Below, one piece after another: positions 22,901-34,127 of a DNA stretch of 63,972 nt; positions within the stretch are counted from its first letter, which is position 1; every line of letters starts with the position of its first letter. Below the pieces are notes generated by a model. It was not told the origin of the DNA and did not search any database. It was given only the letters and a program-made list of their open reading frames with translations. The DNA is from Vicugna vicugna (lineage: Eukaryota): the NCBI GenBank assembly GCA_013265495.1, contig MU059972.1:699943-763914 (forward strand). The letters run 5' to 3'. The position numbers and the translations under genes are program-made.

Positions 22901-25900
22901 CCTCATCTTCTCAGTGGACAGTGATGCCCAGCTGGACTACGGCTTTGCCACGCAGAGGAGAAGTCCAGGAAGGTGGCAGTGCTCGGGGCCATCGGGGCCT
23001 TGGAGGACATGGGGATGAGACCGTGCTGGCAGCATGGGTGACGTGGGTGAGACTGCACAGAGCCCTGAATGCCACACCTGGAGTTTGGACCTGCAAGGAA
23101 AGGAAGTGGGGCGCCACAGTGGACTCTGGATCCTGGGGGCACCTCCCTCACCGTGACTGGGCCTCGGTGTCCCCATCTGTAAAGTGGGGTGATAGCAGCA
23201 TCTTCCTGGAGCGCTGGTGTGGGACAAAGGTGGACTCGGGACCTGCTCAGGACCCTGGGTGACCAGCCTGGGCCTGGACGGAGGGGCTGCTTCCCTCAGG
23301 CAGATCAGCCCCTGTGTGGGCAGACGTCTTCCTCCAGAAGAGTCTAGCCTGAGTGGGGTGGGGGCGCCGGGGGACAGGCAACTGTGCACCCTCGCTCAGG
23401 GCACACCAGCCAGCCGCTGCCCTGCCCCAGGCCTCCCCAAGGACGCCTGGCCCAGGGAGGTTCCCCTCCAGTCCCTGGCCGACTGCACTGGGCTGACCGG
23501 CATGGGGTCAGGACTCGCCTCCGCTGAAAGGGAGCTTGTGGGGTGGGGGAGCTGTCACCGCCCTGCTGCCAATGAACCGTGATCTCCCATCCTCTTGGCC
23601 ATGGTCCCACACATGTCTGCAGAGCTCCTGCTATGTGCCTGGCACTGTTCTGGGCACTCAGTTTCCTAAGAAAGAGTTGCATTTGGGCGAAGATGTGGTG
23701 GAGAGTGTGGGAGGTGAGGGGAGAGAGAGGCGGGCGGGTTGCAGGGGACCCTGTGGGCGTGCTCAGGATGTGGGCCGAGGGCACAGGAGACACCTGGTAA
23801 CGTGGTACCGGCCTTAGGAAATACGTCTTGGGGGCTGGTTTGCCCTCTGGCTCTGAGAAAATCCAGCATATGGTCCACCTTGGCAGGGAGGCCCAGTGCA
23901 GGAGCTGGGACTCAGAGACAGGGCCCACGGCGCCCTCTCCTTACCCCGGTGACAGGCTTGGAGGCTGAGGCTGGGGCGGTGTGCCCAGGGCCCACCTGTC
24001 CCCAGGGAGGGACTGAGGCACGGGGCTTTTCCTCGGGGTGAGGGCCCCCCACCGAGCCTCCCGTGGGCCTCAGGAACCCCTGCCTGCCTGTGGGTCAGCA
24101 CAGGAACAGGGTCTGGGGAGCGGTGTCCGCCCCGGGACAGCCAGGCCCTGGGAGCAGCGCCTGGCTGGGCTCCACGGGGGCGCATCCCGAGACCACTTAG
24201 CGAGAATGGCGCCAGGGGCCCTGTGCCTGGATTTCCTGCCTCCCAGGCTTGTACCCAAGACCCGGGTGACATGCTCAGGGCCAGGCCTGGCTCACAGTCA
24301 GGACTCTCATTGGAGCTTGGTTACCTGTCGGTGCCGGCCCACCTTCCCACTTCCCACTCCTGCCGCTTTGTGCGGGTCGAATGAGGTGATGCAGAAGTTA
24401 GACCACAGAAGCGCACAGCCGGGGACTGCTAGTTCCTCGGCAGCTGGGATGGATGGGGCCATGAGCTTGCTGGTGCTAATGGCCCTTCCCACCAGAGGGT
24501 TCTAGAGCCCAGGGCTGGGAGCACTGGGCTGTGGCCAGTTCTCAGCCAGCCAGGGCGGGCTGGGAACACAGGCGGACAGGGACAGTGATGGATGGGGTGG
24601 CTTGTTCCAGCACATTCCGTGTTCTTTCCCACTGGCTCCACCCGGCCCTGGAGAGCTGCTTCCTCTGTCGATGGATTAGTGACAGTTAGCTGGGAACTGG
24701 ATACGCTGTCTGGGAAAGACGCAGGGTCTCCCATGGGCCCTGGGGAGCGCCAGGGTCTGGGAATGTTCTGGAGGGCTGGGAGTGTGGGGCAGTGGGCGGG
24801 GCTGCGACAGCGGCTGGGAAGGAAGTCCGGCCTGGATCTGCCTCCGAGGGTTGTGGGAGGGTCTTGAGTTGCCCACTGGGCCCCTGGCCTCCCATCTGCC
24901 TGCCTCTGAGCCAGGACCACGGTGAGGGGCCCGGCACCCCGGAGCTGTCCCCTGCCTGCCACCAGCAGGGGCACCGCTGTTCTGGCCGTGGCAGTGTGCG
25001 GGGCTCCAGGAGAGCTGAGGGGACTCCAGTCGGCGGCAGGCCCAGGAGAGCCTCACCAGCTTCCGCGTCGCGTCCACTCGTGCCAGGTCGGAGCCTCACT
25101 TCTCCAGGGCAGGCCCCGCACTTGCTGTCTGGGGAGGACCAGGGTGCCCACGGCAGTCAGGGTCCCTTGCTGCCAGCGAGGCTGGGAGAGGCGCAGGGGT
25201 GCTGTGAGGGGCCCCGTTTCTTCCTGCCGGGAGCTCCCAGATCTGGAATCAGCTGGTGGAGTTGTGAAGACAGTCCTCTCGCTCGCCTGCGTCACCCACT
25301 GACTCAGAGCAGCGGCCCCGCCCCAACCATACATCCCAGGCAGTCACCCCTCCGTGTTCTGGTCGGTCCACATAGTGTCCCCTGTTGGCTTCAGAACTTT
25401 CTAATCGCCCAGGTGCTTTCAGGGCCCAGGGGCTTGAGGCAGCAACGGAGAGGCCCCAGGCTCAGGCCCTGCTGCCCGTCAGGCTCTTGGGCCCTGAGCA
25501 AGCCTCTCGCCCTCCCTGAGCCTCAGCATCGTCATCTACGAAAGGGGCGCAAGAGCAGGACCTGCATCCTAGAGCTGTTGCTCAGGTGCAGGGAGTCCTC
25601 AAGCAAGAACACGGAGCTCCTAGTGAAAGTCGGTCCTCGGGGTCCTGAGCGGTGGGCGGGCTGCTCCGTGTGGGGCACGTGCTACGCCCTCATGGGGACA
25701 GTTGGTATTGTCTTATGTTAATCTCACGAGAAAAAGTTAACTGAAAACTTAAGATGCCCATCCAGCTGCCTGGGCCCCGCAATAGTCCTGCCGAATCCTA
25801 AAGGGGGGCTTATGCAGGGGGACCTCGACTTCGGGTGGAAGGCCTTGTGGGGCTGAGGGCCCCAAGTGACCCGAGAATCAGGAGTGGGGGAAACAGTCCC

Positions 25901-27589
25901 CGGGCGGGTGCGACGGGACTGGTGGAGCTCAGGGCCCAGTGGACGGGGTCAGGGCCTCTCCCAGGTAGCCTGACACCACAGGGGGCCTAAAAGCACTTTC
26001 CGGGGAGGGCACGGGGTCCAGCACGGTGCTGTGTGGACGAGCAGGGCCCAGCACCCCGGGACGGAGGACACCTGGGAGTGGATGCTGAGCTGGTGGGGGG
26101 CGAGAATGGGGGGAGGGGAAGAGCTTCCTTTGCGGGGCTGGGTGGAGTCTAGACCTTACCAGGACGCCGGGCCAGCTGAGCTGACCCACGCTGACACCCT
26201 CAGCAGCCTTGGCTCCCAGCACTCAGCCCCTCCCCAGGCCCCCACCCCCAGCCAGCTCCTGCCCACACTGGCTGATGGGCACAGGGTCCTGCCTGGACAG
26301 CCCTATGCTGGCTGCCAGCCAGGCACTGGGGTCATGCAGGAGCTGTCAGGGGTCCGAGCCTCGCGGTGGGAGCGGCCCTTGGCTGGTGCAGGGCCTTGGG
26401 AGGGGTTGGGGAGGACGCCCACGGCCAGTTAGAGCAAGGCTGCCCGTCTGGCAGCTTCTCAGCTGTCTGCCCTCGGGCCTTGCAGGCCGGCAGGGCGACG
26501 CGCACAGCCTGGAGGAGCGGGGGTGGGTAGGGGGTTGGGGGGTAGGGGGCAGGGGCTGGGGGGGCAGGAATCGATAATGATAATTAACAGCTGCCACCGT
26601 GGACGGCATGCGGGCGCAGGGGCTGGGCTTCCACTAAGAACCTTCTCCTTGGACCCAGGCTGTCCCCCGGGAGGCGGGCGACAGGTGTACCTGCTTTAGA
26701 GAGGAGGGATCTGGCTCAGAGGCAGCCGCGCATCCAGGAGGGAGGGACTCCAGCTCTCTCTGAGCCTGTGCCCTCGCTTGGCCGGCCCCGAGGAGGGCAG
26801 CTGTGGTGCATCCACAGCCTCCAGCAGCCCCCATCCTAGAGCCGGAACAGCCAGAGCCCCCGTCTTGCACCTCCAGCCCCTGAGCAGGGAGACCTCGAGA
26901 AGTACTCTCAGCTCCCTCCTCCGGGAGGGCTGCCGGTGGGTCCTCATTCTCGTGTCCTGCTCTTGTGTCCGACACACAGAGGTGCCGGCTCAGCCAGAGA
27001 CCCCGTGTCAGGTGGGCCGAGGAGTGAGGTCATCCCAGGCGGGTCATGTTCCAGGGGAGCTAAGTAGTGGGGCAAGAGACCCCCATGTCAGGGCCCCTTT
27101 CCCAAGGATGTGAGGTTGGAGCTGAACCCCTGAGAGGGAAGGAGGAGGGGTCCGGGGTGCCCGGGCTCGGAGCCTGGCACTCTGGGTATAGGGGGAGGGG
27201 CCTGGGCCAGGTAGGAGCTGATGAAGCCCCCGGTGCAGTGGAAGCTGCTGGAGGGTGTCAGGCAGGTGGGATGATGTCCTTGGCTGCTGGGCAGAGCCTT
27301 CAGTGGCTCCCTACTGCCCGCACAGTGAGCCTGCCCTCCCAGCCTGGCCCGCCCACCTCCTTGATTCCCCTGCACAACTAGAAGCCCTGCACAATTTCCC
27401 TCCAGCCTTTGAACTCTCTGTTCCTTGACCACAGTGCTGTTCCTCACCATCTCCACACCAGCTGTGCTCTTTCCCAAGGGCTTCCGTCACTGTCTGCTTT
27501 CTGGGGTGGGGTCTGTGCCAAGGGTGGCCTCAGGAGTGGGGTCCTGACATGAATTGCTCCATAAACCTTTCCCGAATCTCAGAGTGCTT

Positions 27590-27685
27590 GCTGACGCCTA
27601 TTACACAGGCGTAAAAGCTCAGAGAGGTGAGGTGACTTGCTCTAGGTCACACAGTCAGGAGGCAACAGAGCCAGACTGAAAACAA
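27590..27685 (-). mobile_element. MIR SINE fragment
   Basis: ttacacagg..gctcagagaggtgaggtgacttgctctaggtcacacag..cagagcc matches the antisense MIR core. Confidence 0.8.
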
Positions 27686-29399
27686 GATTCCAGAAAGACT
27701 CGTGAGGTCTCGTGTATCTGCAGTCCTACTGTGCGCAACACTGGGACCCGGGACCCAGGGCGAGGGGTGGGGCCTGGTAGAGCAGCAGGGTGCTTCCCGC
27801 ACCCTCAGCCTCCATTCACCTGGGTTTGAATCCCAGAACTGTTGCCTCTTCTGCAGGGAGAGTTCAAGTGAATGACAACCAGGCCTTGAAGCCCTGCAGG
27901 CCCTCTAGGCCCTGTGGGGATGCACCCAAGCTTGCTGTGCGCCCTTGGGTGATTACTGCACCTCTCTGTGCCTGTGGAATGGGGCTGGCAGCAGCGCCCT
28001 CCCCCGAGGTTGCACAGGAGTGACACGAGCGATGCCCGTCTGCCGTCCGCCTAGCGTGCCTGCGCGTGCGTCTCCTCCGTCCTCCACGGGGCGTGGCGGG
28101 GGCGGAGACTCTGCGCAGGGCCTGCTCCCCACCCCTCCCTGGGTGGTGCCGTCCTCATTAAAGGAGCACCGTGAGGGGTGCCAGCGCGGCGGCCCTCGCG
28201 GGCTCCCTCCTTGCCCTCAGCCGGGTTTCTCTCCATCTGTTTTTCTGGTTAGTCCCTTCCCTGATGCTCTTGGGAAGTCAGAACAGGCCCCGTGTCCCCA
28301 GCGTCCCAGCCTGGCATGCTGAGCGCCTCCCAGGCCTGCCCCAGGGCGGCCTGGTCAGATGAAGGACTGACCTGGCCGGGGCTGTGCCCCAGAGGGTGGC
28401 CCGGGACCCACGGTACTGGCCACGTTTGCCTTCTTTGGTTGTCACTGGGGACTGGCCGCTGGCCCTGCCTCCGGGCATGGTGTTGACGGGCCCCACAGCT
28501 GCGGCGCATATGTGCCCGGCCGTCAGCCTCCTGACAGGCGGGCGGGGGGGCAGGGCGCCCAGCCGGAGGGAGGCCAGCGGCTGCAGCTGAGTGGACAGCA
28601 GGTGCTGCTCGGCCGGGTGGCTCCTGATCACCGGCTGCTTCCCCCTCCGTGGGGTGCAGTGGGGAGTGGGATTCTCCACTCGCACCCTCGGGGCCCTGGC
28701 GTGCGGGGGCGCTGTCAGGGCCACCCCCCCAGAGCTGCTGGGTGACGGATGTCTCCTCTCTGTAAAGGAGGAGGTGGGGTGATGAGGAGAGGTTTGCAGG
28801 GTCTGGGGCGTGGATAACGGGAATGCCGTGTGTTTGAGTTGTTACATCCACAGAGGCTGGCTTCCCCCGACGCACGTCTCCGCGTCTGCACAGATCACAG
28901 GGGACCCCTGGGGGGAAGGATGGGGCGAAACAGAGTGACAGGAACTCCAATCCTAGTGACGGCTGACAGGTGCCGAGCCCCAGCCCCGTCACCCCTGCCC
29001 CTGGGGAGACCCCGTCGGGGTTCGCAGGACATGTTCAGGGCAGTGGCTGCGGCAGCGTGGCTGCTTGTCACAGGCGGGAACGCCCACCAAGAGCCCAGCC
29101 ACTGCTGCCAGGTCTTGGTGGCGGCCCCGGGCGCTGGCTGACCCTGAGTTAGGACAGCGGGGCTCACCCCGTCCACCTGCAAAGAATCCGGGGCAGCCGC
29201 AGCCTCAGGGCGCGTGTGGCCCATCGGATTCACCCTGAGGCCTTCTCTCTGGGGTCTGTTTTGGGGGCCCAGGGACTCAGGGCCCTGCCAAGCCGTGGTC
29301 TCCTCTTGTCATTCCCACAGAGGGTCTCTCCACACGCCCAACCCTTAGCAGAGCCTCAGACCAGGTGGGAATCTTGACGCAGTACCTGAGGCCGGACCC

Positions 29400-29760
29400 G
29401 CTGGTCTGCGGACCACACTTTGGGCAGTCAGGCCGTCCTAGGCAACACAGAAATCGACTGTGTGTTTGGTCTGTTGGACCCAGGAGTCACCTGGGCCAGG
29501 AGATGCTGAAAATACAGACTCCTGCCGCCCCCAAAGGGTCTGCTTCCCAGTCTCTCCTGGGAAGACCCCCAGATGAGCCTTTTAGCATCTGGGGGCTCAC
29601 AGGGCCTACGGTTTCTCCGAGTAGGTACCCCTGATGAAACAGAAATGCAGGGAGTCGGGCCGACCCCAGACCTGCTGAATCAGAACTAGGGGCCGGGAGG
29701 CTGCATCTGTCTGCGCACACCCTCCAGGGGAGGCCGCGGCAGCGTGGGAGCCACTGCCGC
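29400..29760 (+). mobile_element. Cluster of MER5-type (hAT-Charlie) DNA transposon fossils
   Basis: gcggaccacactttg, gctgaaaatacagactcct and agaaatgcag..ccccagacctgctgaatcagaac are recalled MER5A/B motifs. Confidence 0.65.
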
Positions 29761-30063
29761 CCAACTCCCTGGTCTGCAGGAGGGGGGGCCCAAGCTGCCC
29801 CAGTGCCACCTCCACAGTGAGGCCCCCAGGCCTGTTCCGACCCCCAGAGTTCTTGAAGCTGCATCCTCCAGCCCTCCTGAAATGGCTGACCCAAGCTCGC
29901 CCTCTGTGGGCAGACCCAGGAGCCACCTGGGCCCCCGGAGCCGGGAGCCAGGTGGGGCTGGCAGCGGGCTGCATGCCCCTGGGCCTGCCTCACTGCGCTT
30001 TCTCTCTCCCCTCCCCGCACCGGGGTTGCACCCACAGCGGACAGGAAGGAGAAGGCCGCAGGG

Positions 30064-30184
30064 ATGCCTGACTCCCCAGCCGAGGTGAAGCCGCAGGCCC
30101 GGGCCACGCCCCCCAGCATGCCGCCCCCGTCGCCCGCCACATCCCAGGGGGCCACGCGACACCCCTCCCTCACACCCCACACAA
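30064..30184 (+). CDS. CBFA2T3: CBFA2T3 exon 2 coding part (exon starts 30038), [22 protein letters not shown]...TPHT
   Basis: Matches the MTG16b N-terminus. Acceptor cccacag|30038 (phase 1), donor 30184|gtgagt. Confidence 0.95.
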
Positions 30185-30374
30185 GTGAGTAGCCCCAGGG
30201 CTGGGCGAGAGGGGCGGGGGGAGGGGCACTTCTGGGGTCCCTGGGGCGGTTCGAGGTCCGAACCTCGTGGTGATGGTGAACGGAGCCAGCCAGCACCGCG
30301 GCCCCTCCACCCTGAACCCGTAAGTGTCCCCGCTGGCCTCTGAGAAGGAGGCTCTCATCATGGGTCAGGGCCCA

Positions 30375-30620
30375 CGCTTTGAGCTTCAAACCCCAGCTTG
30401 GCTGCTTGGTAGCTGTGTGGTTCTGGGCAAATTTCTTAACTTCTCTGGGCCTGGAGTTCCTCGTCTGTAAAGTCGGGCTGGTCGTGGCCCCTGCCTCACG
30501 GAGCTTCTGTGAGGACGATGAGTTAGTGCGGTGGGCACACGGTAAGCATTCCGTCAAGGTTAACAGTCAGACTGGAGCTCAGAGAGGGACAGGACTTCCC
30601 CACAGCCATGCAGCAGACAG
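30375..30620 (+). mobile_element. MIR (sense) followed by an antisense MIR fragment
   Basis: agctgtgtggttctgggcaaatttcttaacttctctgggcc..gtctgtaaa..tgtgaggacgatgagtt matches the MIR consensus. Confidence 0.8.
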
Positions 30621-32984
30621 GTGAATTCTGTTGGGCCTGAGTTCCCTGGAGGGCCAGTCAGAGGCAGCTCTGGCCTTGGAGGAGCTCCACGGCCAGGCCT
30701 CAGTGGTGTGAGGGTTGGCTAGGAACGGGATCAGCGGAGCCGCGGCTGCCGGTGACCTGGTGAGCAGCCAGAGCCTCAGGTGGTGTCTCACTGAGCCTGG
30801 GCCCTGGGTGGAGCATCGCGGTGCACACAGTGCGTCTGGGCGGGCTTCCGGAGTCCACAGCCACCTCTGGAGCTCTGTTCCTTTGAGTCAGAGAAGTTGG
30901 TGTCTCAGTGACTTTGGGTCCTGAGCAGTTGGGAAGGAGACCCCCAGCTTGGGCTGGTGTGGGGGATGGTGTTCCCTGCCCCCAAGCCCAGGGGCTTAGC
31001 AGGCATCTCACATGCCTCCCACACCCCCCGGTTCAGAGGCCAGAAAGCCCCACGCTGGGGACCCTTCCCCAGGCTTTGAAACTCAAATGAAGCCCCTCTC
31101 TGGGGGAGGAGCCCCAAATTCTCGGCCTGGTGGCTCCTGGCCCCCCCCAGGTCCCTTGGGCTCCAGCCTGCCCACCCGGGGTCCACCAGCTCTGCCCAGA
31201 GCCCAAGGTGGACTGCAGGGCCTGGCCTGGCCCCCTTAACTCCTGAGTGTGCAGGGCACTGGTCCTGCTGTGAGAGGCCAGGTGGCAGCTCTGTCTGGAG
31301 AAAGGGGTCAGGCGGCCCATTGTTCAAGGCCAGGCTGGGCCCCTGGGCGTACGCTGTTGGCTCTGAGCCAGGCTCTGACCACTCCATGGTCTGGTAAATG
31401 GGGTGACACCACTTGCTCCCAGGTGTGGCCACCGGAAGGCAGGGGGTCCCTGCACACAGTCAGAGCCTAATAGCCCAACACCCTTCCCTGAGTGTTGCCT
31501 GGAGCAGAAGTTTCCAGCTCCTCTCCCCCTGGGGAGGGGCTGAGCCAGCGCCCCCATGTGTGACTGAGACCGGACTGGGCCCGGCCCTGTCCTCCACGCG
31601 TCCCGGGTCGGCCTGCACTGGCTGCAGGGAAGGGGCCAAGGGGCTGGGCTCTGTCTCACACCGCTTCCGCCTGGCACCTGCAGCCAGCCGGTCACTACTC
31701 CCCTTTCTGAGAAGTCAGTCCTCATCTCAGGCTGATCCACGGGCTAAGTCTCCCCTCGCAAGTAGAGGGGAGGCTGGGCCTGGTTTACCTTCACCAGCGT
31801 CTGCTCAGCCCAGGCGAGAAGAGGGGTGTTCCGTGATGGGGCAGTAGCAGCTCCCAAGAAGCAAGGCCACGGGTGCCCCCCCTCAGGATGACGACCCCTG
31901 CACTGCGGTCCGGTTCCAAGCAGGAGAGTCCAGCAGGCCATCTGAGCGGCTGGCCAAGGGCTCTGAGCCGGGTCCCCAACCCTGACGGGCACCTCCGTGT
32001 TCTAGGAGCCCGTGATCCCGAAAGCACTGGTCTGGGAACCAGATGTTCCAGGTCACGGGCGGCTAACGCCGCCCGGCATGCTTTCATGAGGACAGTGAGC
32101 AGATGTGGGCAGCAGGCCTGTGTGTTGCTCGGGTTCCCCTCTTCCCGTCCCCACACGCAACTCCCCCCACCACAGGCTCACACTTGTGGGGTCGGCCCAG
32201 CCTCCATTCAGAGCATGGAGGTTAGAAGCGGGTCTTTTCTAAGCGGATGCCTCAGTTGCCCCTGACTGCTGGGGCTTTTGTCTGTGGGTAAGGCCGCCTC
32301 CACGGTGGCCTCAGATTTGCTCCCTAACCTACGGAATTCCCTGAAAGCAGGGTGGTTAACCGCGTCCATCCGAGCACCTAGCTGGCGGCAATGCAAGCAG
32401 GCGGGGCCTCTGTGCTCGCCTGCGGAGTCCCGCTTCCCGGCCTGCCTGCTAGCCCTGCTGCCAGAGACTGACCTTGAACCGCGGCCTGAGGGCTGTGGTT
32501 TTTCTGGCCTGGGGACAGCCTTGGGCACAAATTCATTTTGGAGTTGAAGCTGTGCTGTGGCCAGGGAGGGGTGGGGGCCTCAGAGAACTCTGCAAAGGGG
32601 TGTAAGGAGCTGCTTTGCAACTGGGAGGACCTTCCAAGGGTGAGCGCCCCACCCTGCCCTTGACCACCCACTGTGGACGGGAGGTCCAGTGTCTCCCTAC
32701 GGTTTCTGCCCCCTTGCTCCATCTCAGACAGATCACCTCTCCCTTTCTGTTTTGGTGTCCCTCCCTTCACAGCAGCACTGTCCTGGGCTTCTCGTCTGTC
32801 AGTGGAGACTTTCAGCCCGTCGCCCTGGGCTCCGGGTCCCTGAGGATGGTGTCGAATGAGGTTACCAGGCACCTTCCAGAAAGAGAGCTTTTGAGAGTCA
32901 GGGTGTCCCACCCATGCCCATGAGACACCAAAATTCTTGTAGACCCCCTGAGAAGTTCCCACCAGAAATGTAAGAGATCCCCTG

Positions 32985-33060
32985 ATTCAGCCCATTTCAC
33001 AGAGTAGGAAGCCGAGGCCCCAGAGAAGGGGATGGACTGGCACGAGGTGCTGACAGTGCC
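32985..33060 (-). mobile_element. MIR fragment
   Basis: cccatttcacagagtaggaagccgaggccccagaga. Confidence 0.65.
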
Positions 33061-33173
33061 GATCCCCAAAACCGCTGTCCAGAGGCAGGGGAAGGGCCGA
33101 CTGCAGATGCCCCTCAGGGCAGAGTCCCCGCCCAGCCTCCCTCCTCACAGTGTTTTTCTTATTTTGCTTACAG

Positions 33174-33251
33174 ATCAAGAGGACGGACCTGCGGTGTCTC
33201 TGCCCCACGGCCGTTTTCATGGCTGCTTAAAATGGTCTATGGTCTGTCTTT
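33174..33251 (+). CDS. CBFA2T3: CBFA2T3 exon 3, symmetric 78-nt cassette ([25 protein letters not shown])
   Basis: ttacag|ATC...T|gtaagt, phase 1-1; matches the MTG16a-type insert. Confidence 0.92.
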
Positions 33252-34097
33252 GTAAGTAAGATAACAAAAACCACAGGCCTCCCGGGAGGCCCTACCCCAG
33301 CACCCGCTGCCCACCACGGTCTGGTGCTACCCGCCTCCCTGAGGGAGCAGGTGTCCGGGACAGACCCAGGAGAGCAGCGCAGCCAGGGTCCCCCAGTCAC
33401 AGACCCGCCTTCACCCCCAGTCCTGCCGCTCACAGCTGTGCAGCCTTGGGCAGCTGGACGGCCTCTCTGAGCTTCCTCTTCCCCAGTGCAAAACAGGGCA
33501 GGTCACACGGGCCCGAGACATGAGATGGTCAAGCGTCAGTGGCAAGTCCATCCACAGCCTGTCTTGAGGGCAGACCCCACTCTTTCCTTTCCAGACACGA
33601 CATCCTTGCACGGGCACCACCCCCGTGCCTCTGTGTCCCCCACCTAGAACGGAAGTCGTGGCACTCGGAGCCCAGGGCAATCACCAGGGCCCCGCCGGGT
33701 GCTTCCAGCGCTCACTGCGAGCTCAGCGGGTGGGCCGCGCTCGGCCGCAGCTGATGGCTGTGAGGGGCGCTGCTCGGCCCGTGAGTGCACCGGTCCGCCC
33801 AGGTGTGGCTGCCGCGCGGCCCCCGGGCTCCGTCGGAGCGGGAGGGCGGCAAAGCGGCTGTGCGTGAATTCTGTCCTCTCCCTCCGTCTGGGGCTGGCAT
33901 AGCCTCGGAGCCGCGGTGCTGGCAGGACTGGGTGGTCTGTGTAGGGGAAGAGGATGGTGACTCCCAGGGCCCCAGGCGGGGCAGGGGGTGGTGGGAGGGG
34001 CTGTTTTCAGGGCGGCAGCCCAGCCCCACCCCTGCCCAGGCCCGGGGCTGGGGGAGCCGTGGGGGTGCTCGTGTGTGCCCCCAAACCTCGGCCGGGA

Positions 34098-34127
34098 CAC
34101 GTGTGGTCTATCTTAGTAACACACCTG
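34098..34127 (-). promoter_or_regulatory. E-box/RUNX/GATA/E-box module
   Basis: CACGTG 34098-34103, TGTGGT 34102-34107, and on the minus strand CAGGTG-N8-AGATAG (34127-34108). Confidence 0.55.

Noticed and set aside
23174-23195. CATCTG-N10-TGATAG E-box/GATA pair
   Set aside because: It lies within a MIR core whose consensus carries this text naturally; there is no independent support.
1300-30000. Coding exon 1 of the long MTG16a isoform
   Set aside because: No MPASRLRD- or MSQ-like coding segment was found; it probably lies upstream of the window.
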